This document shows positions 11,240 through 23,530 of a stretch of 64,000 nucleotides of DNA, one piece after another; position 1 is the stretch's first letter; every line of letters begins with the position of its first letter. Where the stretch lies: positions 378,572,001 through 378,636,000 of the forward strand of contig OZ024742.1 of NCBI GenBank assembly GCA_964016885.1, in the 5' to 3' direction. The translations under genes and the position numbers were made by a program. The notes beneath the pieces are model-generated. The model was given only the letters and a program-made list of their open reading frames with translations, did no database searches and was not told the DNA's origin. This DNA comes from Eledone cirrhosa (Eukaryota).

Positions 11240-13810
11240 GCACTCTATTGTATTAATGTTGTGGTCATTTGTAGTCTATTGTAGCACTGAGCAGTCTGTT
11301 GTATTAATGTTGTGGTCATTTGTAGCTCTATTGTAGCACTGAGCAGTCTATTGTATTAATGTTGTGGTCATTTGTAGTCTATTGTAGCACTGAGCAGTCT
11401 ATTGTATTAATGTTGCGGTCATTTGTAGCTCTATTGTAGCACTGAGCCGTGTATTGTATTAGTGTTGTGGTCATTTGTAGCTCTATTGTAGCACTGAGCA
11501 GTCTATTGTATTAATGTTGTGGTCAGTTGTATTCTATTGTAGCACTGAGCAGTCTATTGTATTAATGTTGTGGACATTTGTAGTCTATTGTAGCACTGAG
11601 CAGTCTATTGTATTAATGTTGTGGTCATTTGTAGCTCTATTGTAGCACTGAGCAGTCTATTGTATTAATGTTGTGGTCATTTGTATTCTATTGTAGCACT
11701 GAGCAGTCTATTGTATTAATGTTGTGGACATTTGTAGTCTATTGTAGCACTGAGCAGTCTATTGTATTAATGTTGTGGTCATTTGTAGCTCTATTGTAGC
11801 ACTGAGCAGTCTATTGTATTAATGTTGTGGTCATTTGTATTCTATTGTAGCACTGAGCAGTCTATTGTATTAATGTTGTGGACATTTGTAGTCTATTGTA
11901 GCACTGAGCAGTCTATTGTATTAATGTTGTGGTCATTTGTAGCTATATTGTAGCACTGAGCAGTCTATTATATTAATGTTGTGGTCACTTGTAGTCTATT
12001 GTAGCACTGAGCAGTCTATTGTATTAGTGTTGTGGTCATTTGTAGCTCTATTGTAGCACTGAACAGTCTATTGTATTAATGTTGTGGTCAGTTGTAGGCT
12101 ATTGTAGCACTGAGCAGTCTATTGTATTAATGTTGTGGTCATTTGTAGGTCTATTGTAGCACTGAGCAGTCTATTATATTAATGGTGTGGTCATTTGTAG
12201 CTCTATTGTAGCACAGAGCAGTCTATTGTATTAGTGTTGTGGTCATTTGTAGCTCTATAGTAGCACTGAGCAGTCTATTGTATTAATGTTGTGGTCAGTT
12301 GTAGTCTATTGTAGCACTGAGCAGTCTATTGTATTAATGTTGTGGTCATTTGTAGCTCTATTGTAGCACTGAGCAGTCTATTGTATTAATGTTGTGGTCA
12401 TTTGTAGTCTATTGTAGCACTGAGCAGTCTATTGTATTAGTGTTGTGGTCATTTGTAGCTCTATAGTAGCACTGAGCAGTCTATTGTATCAACGTTGTGG
12501 TCATTTGTAGCTCTATTGTAGCACTGAGCATTGTATTGTATTAATGTTGTGGTCATTTGTAGTCTATTGTAGCACTGAGCAGTCTATTGTATTAATGTTG
12601 TGGTCATTTGTAGTCTATTGTAGCACTGAGCAGTCTATCGTATTAATGTTGTGGTCATTTGTAGTCTATGGTAGCACTGAGCAGTCTATTGTATTAATGT
12701 TGTGGTCATTTGTAGCTCTATTGTAGCACTGAGCAGTCTATTGTATTAATGTTGTGGTCAGTTGTATTCTATTGTAGCACTGAGCAGACTATTGTATTAA
12801 TGTTGTGGTCATTTGTAGTCTATTGTAGCACTGAGCAGTCTATTGTATTAGTGTTGTGGTCATTTGTAGTCTATTGTAGCACTGAGCAGTCTATTTTATT
12901 AATGTTGTGGTCATTTGTAGCTCTATTGTAGCACTGAGCATTGTATTGTATTAATGTTGTGGTCATTTGTAGTCTATTGTAACACTGAGCAGTCTATTGT
13001 ATTAATGTTGTGGTCATTTGTAGCTCTATTGTAGCACTGAGCAGTCTATTGTATTAATGTTGTGGTCATCTGTAGTCTATTGTAGCACTGAGCAGTCTAT
13101 TGTATTAATGTTGTGGTCATTTGTAGTCTATTGAAGCACTGAGCAGTCTATTGTATTAATGTCGTGGTCATTTGAAGTCTATTGTAGCACTGAGCAGTCT
13201 ATTGTATTAATGTTGTGGTCATTTGTAGCTCTATTGTAGCACTGAGCAGTCTATTGTATTAATGTTGTGGTCATATGTAGCTCTATAGTAGCATAGAGCA
13301 GTCTATTCTCTTAAGGTTGTGGTCATTTGTAGCTCTATTGTAGCACTGAGCAGTCTATTGTATTAATGTTATTGTCATTTGTAGTCCATTGTAGCACTGA
13401 GGAGTCTATTGTATTAATGTTGTGATCATTTGTAGTCTATTGTAGCACTGAGCAGTCTATTGTATTAATGTTGTGGTCATTTGTAGCTCTATTGTAGCAC
13501 TGAGCAGTCTATTGTATTAATGTTGTGGTAATTTGTAGTCTATTGTAGCACTGAGCAGTGTATTGTATTAATATTGTGGTCATTTGTAGTCTTTTGTAGC
13601 ACTGAGCAGTCTATTGTATTAATGTTGTGGTCATTTGTAGTCTACTGTAGCACTGAGCAGTCTATTGTATTAATGTTGTGGTCATTTGTCGTCTATTGTA
13701 GCACTGAGCAGTCTATTGTATTAATGTTGTGTTAATTTGTAGTCTATTGTAGCACTGAGCAGTGTATTGTATTAATATTGTGGTCATTTGTAGCTCTATT
13801 GTAGCACTGA
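11240..13810. repeat. Copy 1 of a ~2.55-kb dispersed block duplication (partner ~23520-26090, offset 12281)
   Basis: ORF pairs 12544/24825 and 12749/25030. Shared rare variants TTGCGGTC (~11413/23694), GAACAGTC (12061/24342), ATGGTGTGG (12182/24463) and TATTGAAGC (~13130/25411). Confidence 0.88.
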
Positions 13811-16800
13811 GCAGTGTATTGTATTAGTGTTGTGGTCATTTGTAGTCTATTGTAGCACTGAGCAGTCTATTGTATTAATGTTGTGGTTATTTGTAGTCTA
13901 TTGTAGCACTGAGCAGTCTATTGTATTAATGTTGTGGTCATTTGTAGTCTATTGTAGCACTAAGCAGTCTATTGTATTAATGTTGTGGTTATTTGTAGTC
14001 TATTGTAGCACTGAGCAGTCTATTGTATTAATGTTGTGGTCATTTGTAGTCTATTGTAGCACTGAGCAGTCTATTGTATTAATGTTGTGGTTATTTGTAG
14101 TCTATTGTAGCACTGAGCAGTCTATTGTATTAATGTTGTGGTCATTTGTAGTCTATTGTAGCACTAAGCAGTCTATTGTATTAATGTTGTGGTTATTTGT
14201 AGTCTATTGTAGCACTGAGCAGTCTATTGTATTAATGTTGTGGTCATTTGTAGTCTATTGTAGCACTGAGCAGTCTATTGTATTAATATTGTGGTCATTT
14301 GTAGCTCTATTGTAGCAATGAGCAGTCTATTGTATTAATGTTGTGGTCATTTGTAGTCTATTGTAGCACTGAGCAGTCTATTGTATTAATGTTGTGGTCA
14401 TTTGTAGCTCTATTGTAGCACTGAGCAGTGTATTGTATTAGTGTTGTGGTCATTTGTAGCTCTATTGTAGCACTGAGCAGTCTATTATATTAATGTTGTG
14501 GTCAGTTGTATTCTATTGTAGCACTGAGCAGAATATCGTATTAATGTTGTGGTCATTTGTAGTATATTGTAGTTCTGAGCAGTCTATTGTATTGATGTTG
14601 TGGTCATTTGTAGTCTATTGTAGCACTGAGCAGTCTATTGTATTAATGTTGTGGTACATTTGTAGTCTATTGTAGCACTGAGCAGTGTATTGTATTAATG
14701 TTGTGGTCATTTGTAGTCTATTGTAGCACCGAGCAGTCTATTGTATTAGTGTTGTGGTAATTTGTAGTCTATTGTAGCACTGAGCAGTGTATTGTATTAA
14801 TATTGTGATCATTTGTAGCTCTATTGTAGCACTGAGCAGTCTATTGTATTAATGTTGTGGTCATTTGTAGTCTATTGTAGCACTGAGCAGTCTATTGTAT
14901 TAGTGTTGTGGTCATTTGTAGCTCTATTGTAGCACTGAGCAGTCTTTTGTATTAATGTTGTGGTCAGTTGTAGTCGATTGTAGCACTGAGCAGTCTATTG
15001 TATTAATGTTGTGGTCATTTGTAGCTCTATTGTAACACTGAGTAGTCTATTGTATTAATGTTGTGGTCATTTGTAGCTCTATTGTAGCACTGAGCATTGT
15101 ATTGTATTAATGTTGTGGTCATTTGTAGTCTATTGTAGCACTGAGCAGTCTATTTTATTAATGTTGTGGTCATCTGTAGTCTATTTTAGCACTGAGCAGT
15201 CTATTGTATTAGTGTTGTGGTCATTTGTAGCTCTATTGTAGCACTGAGCAGTCTTTTGTATTAATGTTGTGGTCAGTTGTAGTCGATTGTAGCACTGAGC
15301 AGTCTATTGTATTAATGTTGTGGTCATTTGTAGCTCTATTGTAGCACTGAGCAGTCTATTGTATTAATGTTGTGGTCATATGTAGCTCTATAGTAGCATA
15401 GAGCAGTCTATTCTCTTAAGGTTGTGGTCATTTGTAGCTCTATTGTAGCACTGAGCAGTCTATTGTATTAATGTTATTGTCATTTGTAGTCCATTGTAGC
15501 AATGAGCAGTCTATTGTATTAATGTTGTGATCATTTGTAGTCTATTGTAACACTGAGCAGTCTATTGTATTAATGTTGTGGTCATTTGTAGTCTATTGTA
15601 GCACTGAGCAGTCTATTGTATTAATGTTGTGGTCATTTGTAGTCTATTGTAGCACTGAGCAGTCTATTGTATTAATGTTGTGGTCATTTGTAGCTCTATT
15701 GTAGCACTGAGCAGTCTATTGTATTAATGTTGTGGTCATTTGTAGTCTATTGTAGCACTGAGCAGTCTATTGTGTTAATGTTGTGGTCATTTGTAGCTCT
15801 ATTGTAGCAATGAGCAGTCTATTGTATTAATGTTGTAGTCATTTGTAGTCTATTGTAGCACTGAGCAGTCTATTGTATTAATGTTGTGGTCATTTGTAGC
15901 TCTATTGTAGCACTGAGCAGTGTATTGTATTAGTGTTGTGGTCATTTGTAGCTCTATTGTAGCACTGAGCAGTCTATTATATTAATGTTGTGGTCAGTTG
16001 TATTCTATTGTAGCACTGAGCAGACTATCGTATTAATGTTGTGGTCATTTGTAGTATATTGTAGTTCTGAGCAGTCTATTTTATTGATGTTGTGGTCATT
16101 TGTAGTCTATTGTAGCACTGAGCAGTCTATTGTATTAATGTTGTGGTACATTTGTAGTCTATTGTAGCACTGAGCAGTGTATTGTACTAATATTGTGGTC
16201 ATTTGTAGCTCTATTGTAGCACTGAGCAGTCTATTGTATTAATGTTGTGGTCATTTGTAGTCTATTGTAGCACCGAGCAGTCTATTGTATTAGTGTTGTG
16301 GTAATTTGTAGTCTATTGTAGCACTGAGCAGTGTATTGTATTAATATTGTGGTCATTTGTAGCTCTATTGTAGCACTGAGCAGTCTATTGTATTAATGTT
16401 GTGGTCATTTGTAGTCTATTGTAGCACTGAGCAGTCTATTGTATTAATGTCGTGGTCATTTGAAGTCTATTGTAGCACTGAGCAGTCTATTGTATTAATG
16501 TTGTGGTCATTTGTAGCTCTATTGTAGCACTGAGCAGTCTATTGTATTAATGTTGTGGTCATATGTAGCTCTATAGTAGCATAGAGCAGTCTATTTTCTT
16601 AAGGTTGTGGTCATTTGTAGCTCTATTGTAGCACTGAGCAGTCTATTGTATTAATGTTATTGTCATTTGTAATCCATTGTAGCACTGAGGAGTCTATTGT
16701 ATTAATGTTGTGATCATTTGTAGTCTATTGTAGCACTGAGCAGTCTATTGTATTAATGTTGTGGTCATTTGTAGCTCTATTGTAGCACTGAGCAGTCTAT

Positions 16801-19800
16801 TGTATTAATGTTGTGGTAATTTGTAGTCTATTGTAGCACTGAGCAGTGTATTGTATTAATATTGTGGTCATTTGTAGTCTTTTGTAGCACTGAGCAGTCT
16901 ATTGTATTAATGTTGTGGTCATTTGTAGTCTACTGTAGCACTGAGCAGTCTATTGTATTAATGTTGTGGTCATTTGTCGTCTATTGTAGCACTGAGCAGT
17001 CTATTGTATTAATGTTGTGTTAATTTGTAGTCTATTGTAGCACTGAGCAGTGTATTGTATTAATATTGTGGTCATTTGTAGCTCTATTGTAGCACTGAGC
17101 AGTGTATTGTATTAGTGTTGTGGTCATTTGTAGTCTATTGTAGCACTGAGCAGTCTATTGTATTAATGTTGTGGTTATTTGTAGTCTATTGTAGCACTGA
17201 GCAGTCTATTGTATTAATGTTGTGGTCATTTGTAGTCTATTGTAGCACTAAGCAGTCTATTGTATTAATGTTGTGGTTATTTGTAGTCTATTGTAGCACT
17301 GAGCAGTCTATTGTATTAATGTTGTGGTCATTTGTAGTCTATTGTAGCACTGAGCAGTCTATTGTATTAATGTTGTGGTTATTTGTAGTCTATTGTAGCA
17401 CTGAGCAGTCTATTGTATTAATGTTGTGGTCATTTGTAGTCTATTGTAGCACTAAGCAGTCTATTGTATTAATGTTGTGGTTATTTGTAGTCTATTGTAG
17501 CACTGAGCAGTCTATTGTATTAATGTTGTGGTCATTTGTAGTCTATTGTAGCACTGAGCAGTCTATTGTATTAATATTGTGGTCATTTGTAGCTCTATTG
17601 TAGCAATGAGCAGTCTATTGTATTAATGTTGTGGTCATTTGTAGTCTATTGTAGCACTGAGCAGTCTATTGTATTAATGTTGTGGTCATTTGTAGCTCTA
17701 TTGTAGCACTGAGCAGTGTATTGTATTAGTGTTGTGGTCATTTGTAGCTCTATTGTAGCACTGAGCAGTCTATTATATTAATGTTGTGGTCAGTTGTATT
17801 CTATTGTAGCACTGAGCAGAATATCGTATTAATGTTGTGGTCATTTGTAGTATATTGTAGTTCTGAGCAGTCTATTGTATTGATGTTGTGGTCATTTGTA
17901 GTCTATTGTAGCACTGAGCAGTCTATTGTATTAATGTTGTGGTACATTTGTAGTCTATTGTAGCACTGAGCAGTGTATTGTATTAATGTTGTGGTCATTT
18001 GTAGTCTATTGTAGCACCGAGCAGTCTATTGTATTAGTGTTGTGGTAATTTGTAGTCTATTGTAGCACTGAGCAGTGTATTGTATTAATATTGTGATCAT
18101 TTGTAGCTCTATTGTAGCACTGAGCAGTCTATTGTATTAATGTTGTGGTCATTTGTAGTCTATTGTAGCACTGAGCAGTCTATTGTATTAGTGTTGTGGT
18201 CATTTGTAGCTCTATTGTAGCACTGAGCAGTCTTTTGTATTAATGTTGTGGTCAGTTGTAGTCGATTGTAGCACTGAGCAGTCTATTGTATTAATGTTGT
18301 GGTCATTTGTAGCTCTATTGTAACACTGAGTAGTCTATTGTATTAATGTTGTGGTCATTTGTAGCTCTATTGTAGCACTGAGCATTGTATTGTATTAATG
18401 TTGTGGTCATTTGTAGTCTATTGTAGCACTGAGCAGTCTATTTTATTAATGTTGTGGTCATCTGTAGTCTATTTTAGCACTGAGCAGTCTATTGTATTAG
18501 TGTTGTGGTCATTTGTAGCTCTATTGTAGCACTGAGCAGTCTTTTGTATTAATGTTGTGGTCAGTTGTAGTCGATTGTAGCACTGAGCAGTCTATTGTAT
18601 TAATGTTGTGGTCATTTGTAGCTCTATTGTAGCACTGAGCAGTCTATTGTATTAATGTTGTGGTCATATGTAGCTCTATAGTAGCATAGAGCAGTCTATT
18701 CTCTTAAGGTTGTGGTCATTTGTAGCTCTATTGTAGCACTGAGCAGTCTATTGTATTAATGTTATTGTCATTTGTAGTCCATTGTAGCAATGAGCAGTCT
18801 ATTGTATTAATGTTGTGATCATTTGTAGTCTATTGTAACACTGAGCAGTCTATTGTATTAATGTTGTGGTCATTTGTAGTCTATTGTAGCACTGAGCAGT
18901 CTATTGTATTAATGTTGTGGTCATTTGTAGTCTATTGTAGCACTGAGCAGTCTATTGTATTAATGTTGTGGTCATTTGTAGCTCTATTGTAGCACTGAGC
19001 AGTCTATTGTATTAATGTTGTGGTAATTTGTAGTCTATTGTAGCACTGAGCAGTGTATTGTATTAATATTGTGGTCATGTGTAGTCTTTTGTAGCACTGA
19101 GCAGTCTATTGTATTAATGTTGTGGTCATTTGTAGTCTACTGTAGCACTGAGCAGTCTATTGTATTAATGTTGTGGTCATTTGTCGTCTATTGTAGCACT
19201 GAGCAGTCTATTGTATTAATGTTGTGTTAATTTGTAGTCTATTGTAGCACTGAGCAGTGTATTGTATTAATATTGTGGTCATATGTAGCTCGATTGTAGC
19301 ACTGAGCAGTCTATTGTATTAATGTTGTGGTCATTTGTAGTCTATTGTAGCACTGAGCAGTCTATTGTGTTAATGTTGTGGTCATTTGTAGCTCTATTGT
19401 AGCAATGAGCAGTCTATTGTATTAATGTTGTAGTCATTTGTAGTCTATTGTAGCACTGAGCAGTCTATTGTATTAATGTTGTGGTCATTTGTAGCTCTAT
19501 TGTAGCACTGAGCAGTGTATTGTATTAGTGTTGTGGTCATTTGTAGCTCTATTGTAGCACTGAGCAGTCTATTATATTAATGTTGTGGTCAGTTGTATTC
19601 TATTGTAGCACTGAGCAGACTATCGTATTAATGTTGTGGTCATTTGTAGTATATTGTAGTTCTGAGCAGTCTATTTTATTGATGTTGTGGTCATTTGTAG
19701 TCTATTGTAGCACTGAGCAGTCTATTGTATTAATGTTGTGGTACATTTGTAGTCTATTGTAGCACTGAGCAGTGTATTGTACTAATATTGTGGTCATTTG

Positions 19801-20720
19801 TAGCTCTATTGTAGCACTGAGCAGTCTATTGTATTAATGTTGTGGTCATTTGTAGTCTATTGTAGCACCGAGCAGTCTATTGTATTAGTGTTGTGGTAAT
19901 TTGTAGTCTATTGTAGCACTGAGCAGTGTATTGTATTAATATTGTGGTCATTTGTAGCTCTATTGTAGCACTGAGCAGTCTATTGTATTAATGTTGTGGT
20001 CATTTGTAGTCTATTGTAGCACTGAGCAGTCTATTGTATTAATGTCGTGGTCATTTGAAGTCTATTGTAGCACTGAGCAGTCTATTGTATTAATGTTGTG
20101 GTCATTTGTAGCTCTATTGTAGCACTGAGCAGTCTATTGTATTAATGTTGTGGTCATATGTAGCTCTATAGTAGCATAGAGCAGTCTATTTTCTTAAGGT
20201 TGTGGTCATTTGTAGCTCTATTGTAGCACTGAGCAGTCTATTGTATTAATGTTATTGTCATTTGTAATCCATTGTAGCACTCAGGAGTCTATTGTATTAA
20301 TGTTGTGATCATTTGTAGTCTATTGTAGCACTGAGCAGTCTATTGTATTAATGTTGTGGTCATTTGTAGCTCTATTGTAGCACTGAGCAGTCTATTGTAT
20401 TAATGTTGTGGTAATTTGTAGTCTATTGTAGCACTGAGCAGTGTATTGTATTAATATTGTGGTCATTTGTAGTCTTTTGTAGCACTGAGCAGTCTATTGT
20501 ATTAATGTTGTGGTCATTTGTAGTCTATTGTAGCACTGAGCAGTCTATTGTATTAATGTTGTGTTAATTTGTAGTCTACTGTAGCACTGAGCAGTCTATT
20601 GTATTAATGCTGTGGTCATTTGTCGTCTATTGTAGCACTGAGCAGTCTATTGTATTAATGTTGTGTTAATTTGTAGTCTATTGTAGCACTGAGCAGTGTA
20701 TTGTATTAATATTGTGGACA
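13140..20720. repeat. Tandem block duplication, period 3288 bp (64 monomers); second copy has a 307-bp (6-monomer) insertion; partial third copy follows
   Basis: ORF pairs 13827/17115 and 14493/17781 are offset by 3288. Pair 15985/19580 is offset by 3595 = 3288+307, with the extra monomers at ~19005-19310. ATGTCGTGG marker at 13159, 16447 and 20042. Confidence 0.88.
13878..14285. repeat. Local 204-bp tetrameric higher-order unit x2 (alternating GGTTA/GGTCA monomers); repeated at ~17166-17570
   Basis: The GGTTATTT variant occurs every 102 bp (four times) and the ACTAAGC variant every 204 bp (~13959, ~14163). The pattern is visible as LWL/K periodicity in the 162-aa ORF. Confidence 0.85.
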
Positions 20721-21689
20721 TTTGTAGCTCTATTGTAGCACTGAGCAGTGTATTGTATTAGTGTTGTGGTCATTTGTAGTTCTATTGTAGCACTGAGCAG
20801 TCTATTGTATTAATGTTGTGGTCATTTGTAGTATATTGTAGTTCTGAGCAGTCTATTGTATTGATGTTGTGGTCATTTGTAGTCTACTGTAGCACTGAGC
20901 AGTCTATTGTATTAATGTTGTGGTACATTTGTAGTCTATTGTAGCACTGAGCAGTCTATTGTATTAATGTTGTGGTCATTTGTAGTCTATTGTAGCACTG
21001 AGCAGTCTATTGTATTAATGTTGTGGTCATTTGTAGCTCTATTGTAGCACTGAGCAGTCTATTATATTAATGTTGTGTTCATTTGTAGTCTATTTTAGCA
21101 CTGAGCAGTCTATCGTATTAGTGTTGTGGTCATTTGTAGCTCTATTGTAGCACTGAGCAGTCTATTGTATTAATGTTGTGGTCAGTTGTAGTCGATTGTA
21201 GCACTGAGCAGTCTATTGTATTAATGTTGTGGTCATTTGTAGCTCTATTGTAACACTGAGTAGTCTATTGTATTAATGTTGTGGTCATTTGTAGCTCTAT
21301 TGTAGCACTGAGCATTGTATTGTATTAATGTTGTGGTCATTTGTAGTCTATTGTAGCACTGAGCAGTCTATTTTATTAATGTTGTGGTCATCTGTAGTCT
21401 ATTGTAGCACTGAGCAGTCTATTGTATTAATGTTGTGGTCATTTGTAGTCTATTGTAGCACTGAGCAGTCTATTGTATTAATGTCGTGGTCATTTGAAGT
21501 CTATTGTAGCACTGAGCAGTCTATTGTATTAATGTTGTGGTCATTTGTAGCTCTATTGTAGCACTGAGCAGTCTATTGTATTAATGTTGTGGTCATATGT
21601 AGCTCTATAGTAGCATAGAGCAGTCTATTCTCTTAAGGTTGTGGTCATTTGTAGCTCTATTGTAGCACTGAGCAGTCTATTGTATTAAT

Positions 21690-23530
21690 GTTATTGTCAT
21701 TTGTAGTCCATTGTAGCACTGAGGAGTCTATTGTATTAATGTTGTGATCATTTGTAGCTCTATTGTAGCACTGAGCAGTCTATTGTATTAATGTTGTGGT
21801 AATTTGTAGTCTATTGTAGCACTGAGCAGTGTATTGTATTAATATTGTGGTCATGTGTAGTCTTTTGTAGCACTGAGCAGTCTATTGTATTAATGTTGTG
21901 GTCATTTGTAGTCTACTGTAGCACTGAGCAGTCTATTGTATTAATGTTGTGGTCATTTGTCGTCTATTGTAGCACTGAGCAGTCTATTGTATTAATGTTG
22001 TGTTAATTTGTAGTCTATTGTAGCACTGAGCAGTGTATTGTATTAATATTGTGGTCATTTGTAGCTCTATTGTAGCACTGAGCAGTCTATTGTATTAATG
22101 TTGTGGTCATTTGTAGTCTATTGTAGCACTGAGCAGTCTATTGTATTAATGTTGTGGTCATTTGTAGCTCTATTGTAGCAATGAGCAGTCTATTGTATTA
22201 ATGTTGTGGTCATTTGTAGTCTATTGTAGCACTGAGCAGTCTATTGTATTAATGTTGTGGTCATGTGTAGCTCTATTGTAGCACTGAGCAGTGTATTGTA
22301 TTAGTGTTGTGGTCATTTGTAGCTCTATTGTAGCACTGAGCAGTCTATTATATTAATGTTGTGGTCAGTTGTATTCTATTGTAGCACTGAGCAGACTATC
22401 GTATTAATGTTGTGGTCATTTGTAGTATATTGTAGTTCTGAGCAGTCTATTTTATTGATGTTGTGGTCATTTGTAGTCTATTGTAGCACTGAGCAGTCTA
22501 TTGTATTAATGTTGTGGTACATTTGTAGTCTATTGTAGCACTGAGCAGTGTATTGTACTAATATTGTGGTCATTTGTAGCTCTATTGTAGCACTGAGCAG
22601 TCTATTGTATTAATGTTGTGGTCATTTGTAGTCTATTGTAGCACTGAGCAGTCTATTGTATTAGTGTTGTGGTAATTTGTAGTCTATTGTAGCACTGAGC
22701 AGTGTATTGTATTAATATTGTGGTCATTTGTAGCTCTATTGTAGCACTGAGCAGTCTATTGTATTAATGTTGTGGTCATTTGTAGTCTATTGTAGCACTG
22801 AGCAGTCTATTGTATTAATGTCGTGGTCATATGAAGTCTATTGTAGCACTGAGCAGTCTATTGTATTAATGTTGTGGTCATTTGTAGCTCTATTGTAGCA
22901 CTGAGCAGTCTATTGTATTAATGTTGTGGTCATATGTAGCTCTATAGTAGCATAGAGCAGTCTATTCTCTTAAGGTTGTGGTCATTTGTAGCTCTATTGT
23001 AGCACTGAGCAGTCTATTGTATTAATGTTATTGTCATTTGTAATCCATTGTAGCACTGAGGAGTCTATTGTATTAATGTTGTGATCATTTGTAGTCTATT
23101 GTAGCACTGAGCAGTCTATTGTATTAATGTTGTGGTCATTTGTAGCTCTATTGTAGCACTGAGCAGTCTATTGTATTAATGTTGTGGTAATTTGTAGTCT
23201 ATTGTAGCACTGAGCAGTGTATTGTATTAATATTGTGGTCATTTGTAGTCTTTTGTAGCACTGAGCAGTCTATTGTATTAATGTTGTGGTCATTTGTAGT
23301 CTACTGTAGCACTGAGCAGTCTATTGTATTAATGCTGTGGTCATTTGTCGTCTATTGTAGCACTGAGCAGTCTATTGTATTAATGTTGTGTTAATTTGTA
23401 GTCTATTGTAGCACTGAGCAGTGTATTGTATTAATATTGTGGTCATTTGTAGCTCTATTGTAGCACTGAGCAGTCTATTGTATTAATGTTGTGGTCATTT
23501 GTAGTCTATTGTAGCACTGAGCAGTCTATT
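21690..23530. repeat. Block duplicated at ~30425-32265 (offset 8735) and partly again at ~39360-40900
   Basis: Identical ORF translation at 22356/31091 and near-identical at 39730. Private variant CATATGAAG at ~22828, ~31563 and ~40202. Confidence 0.8.
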
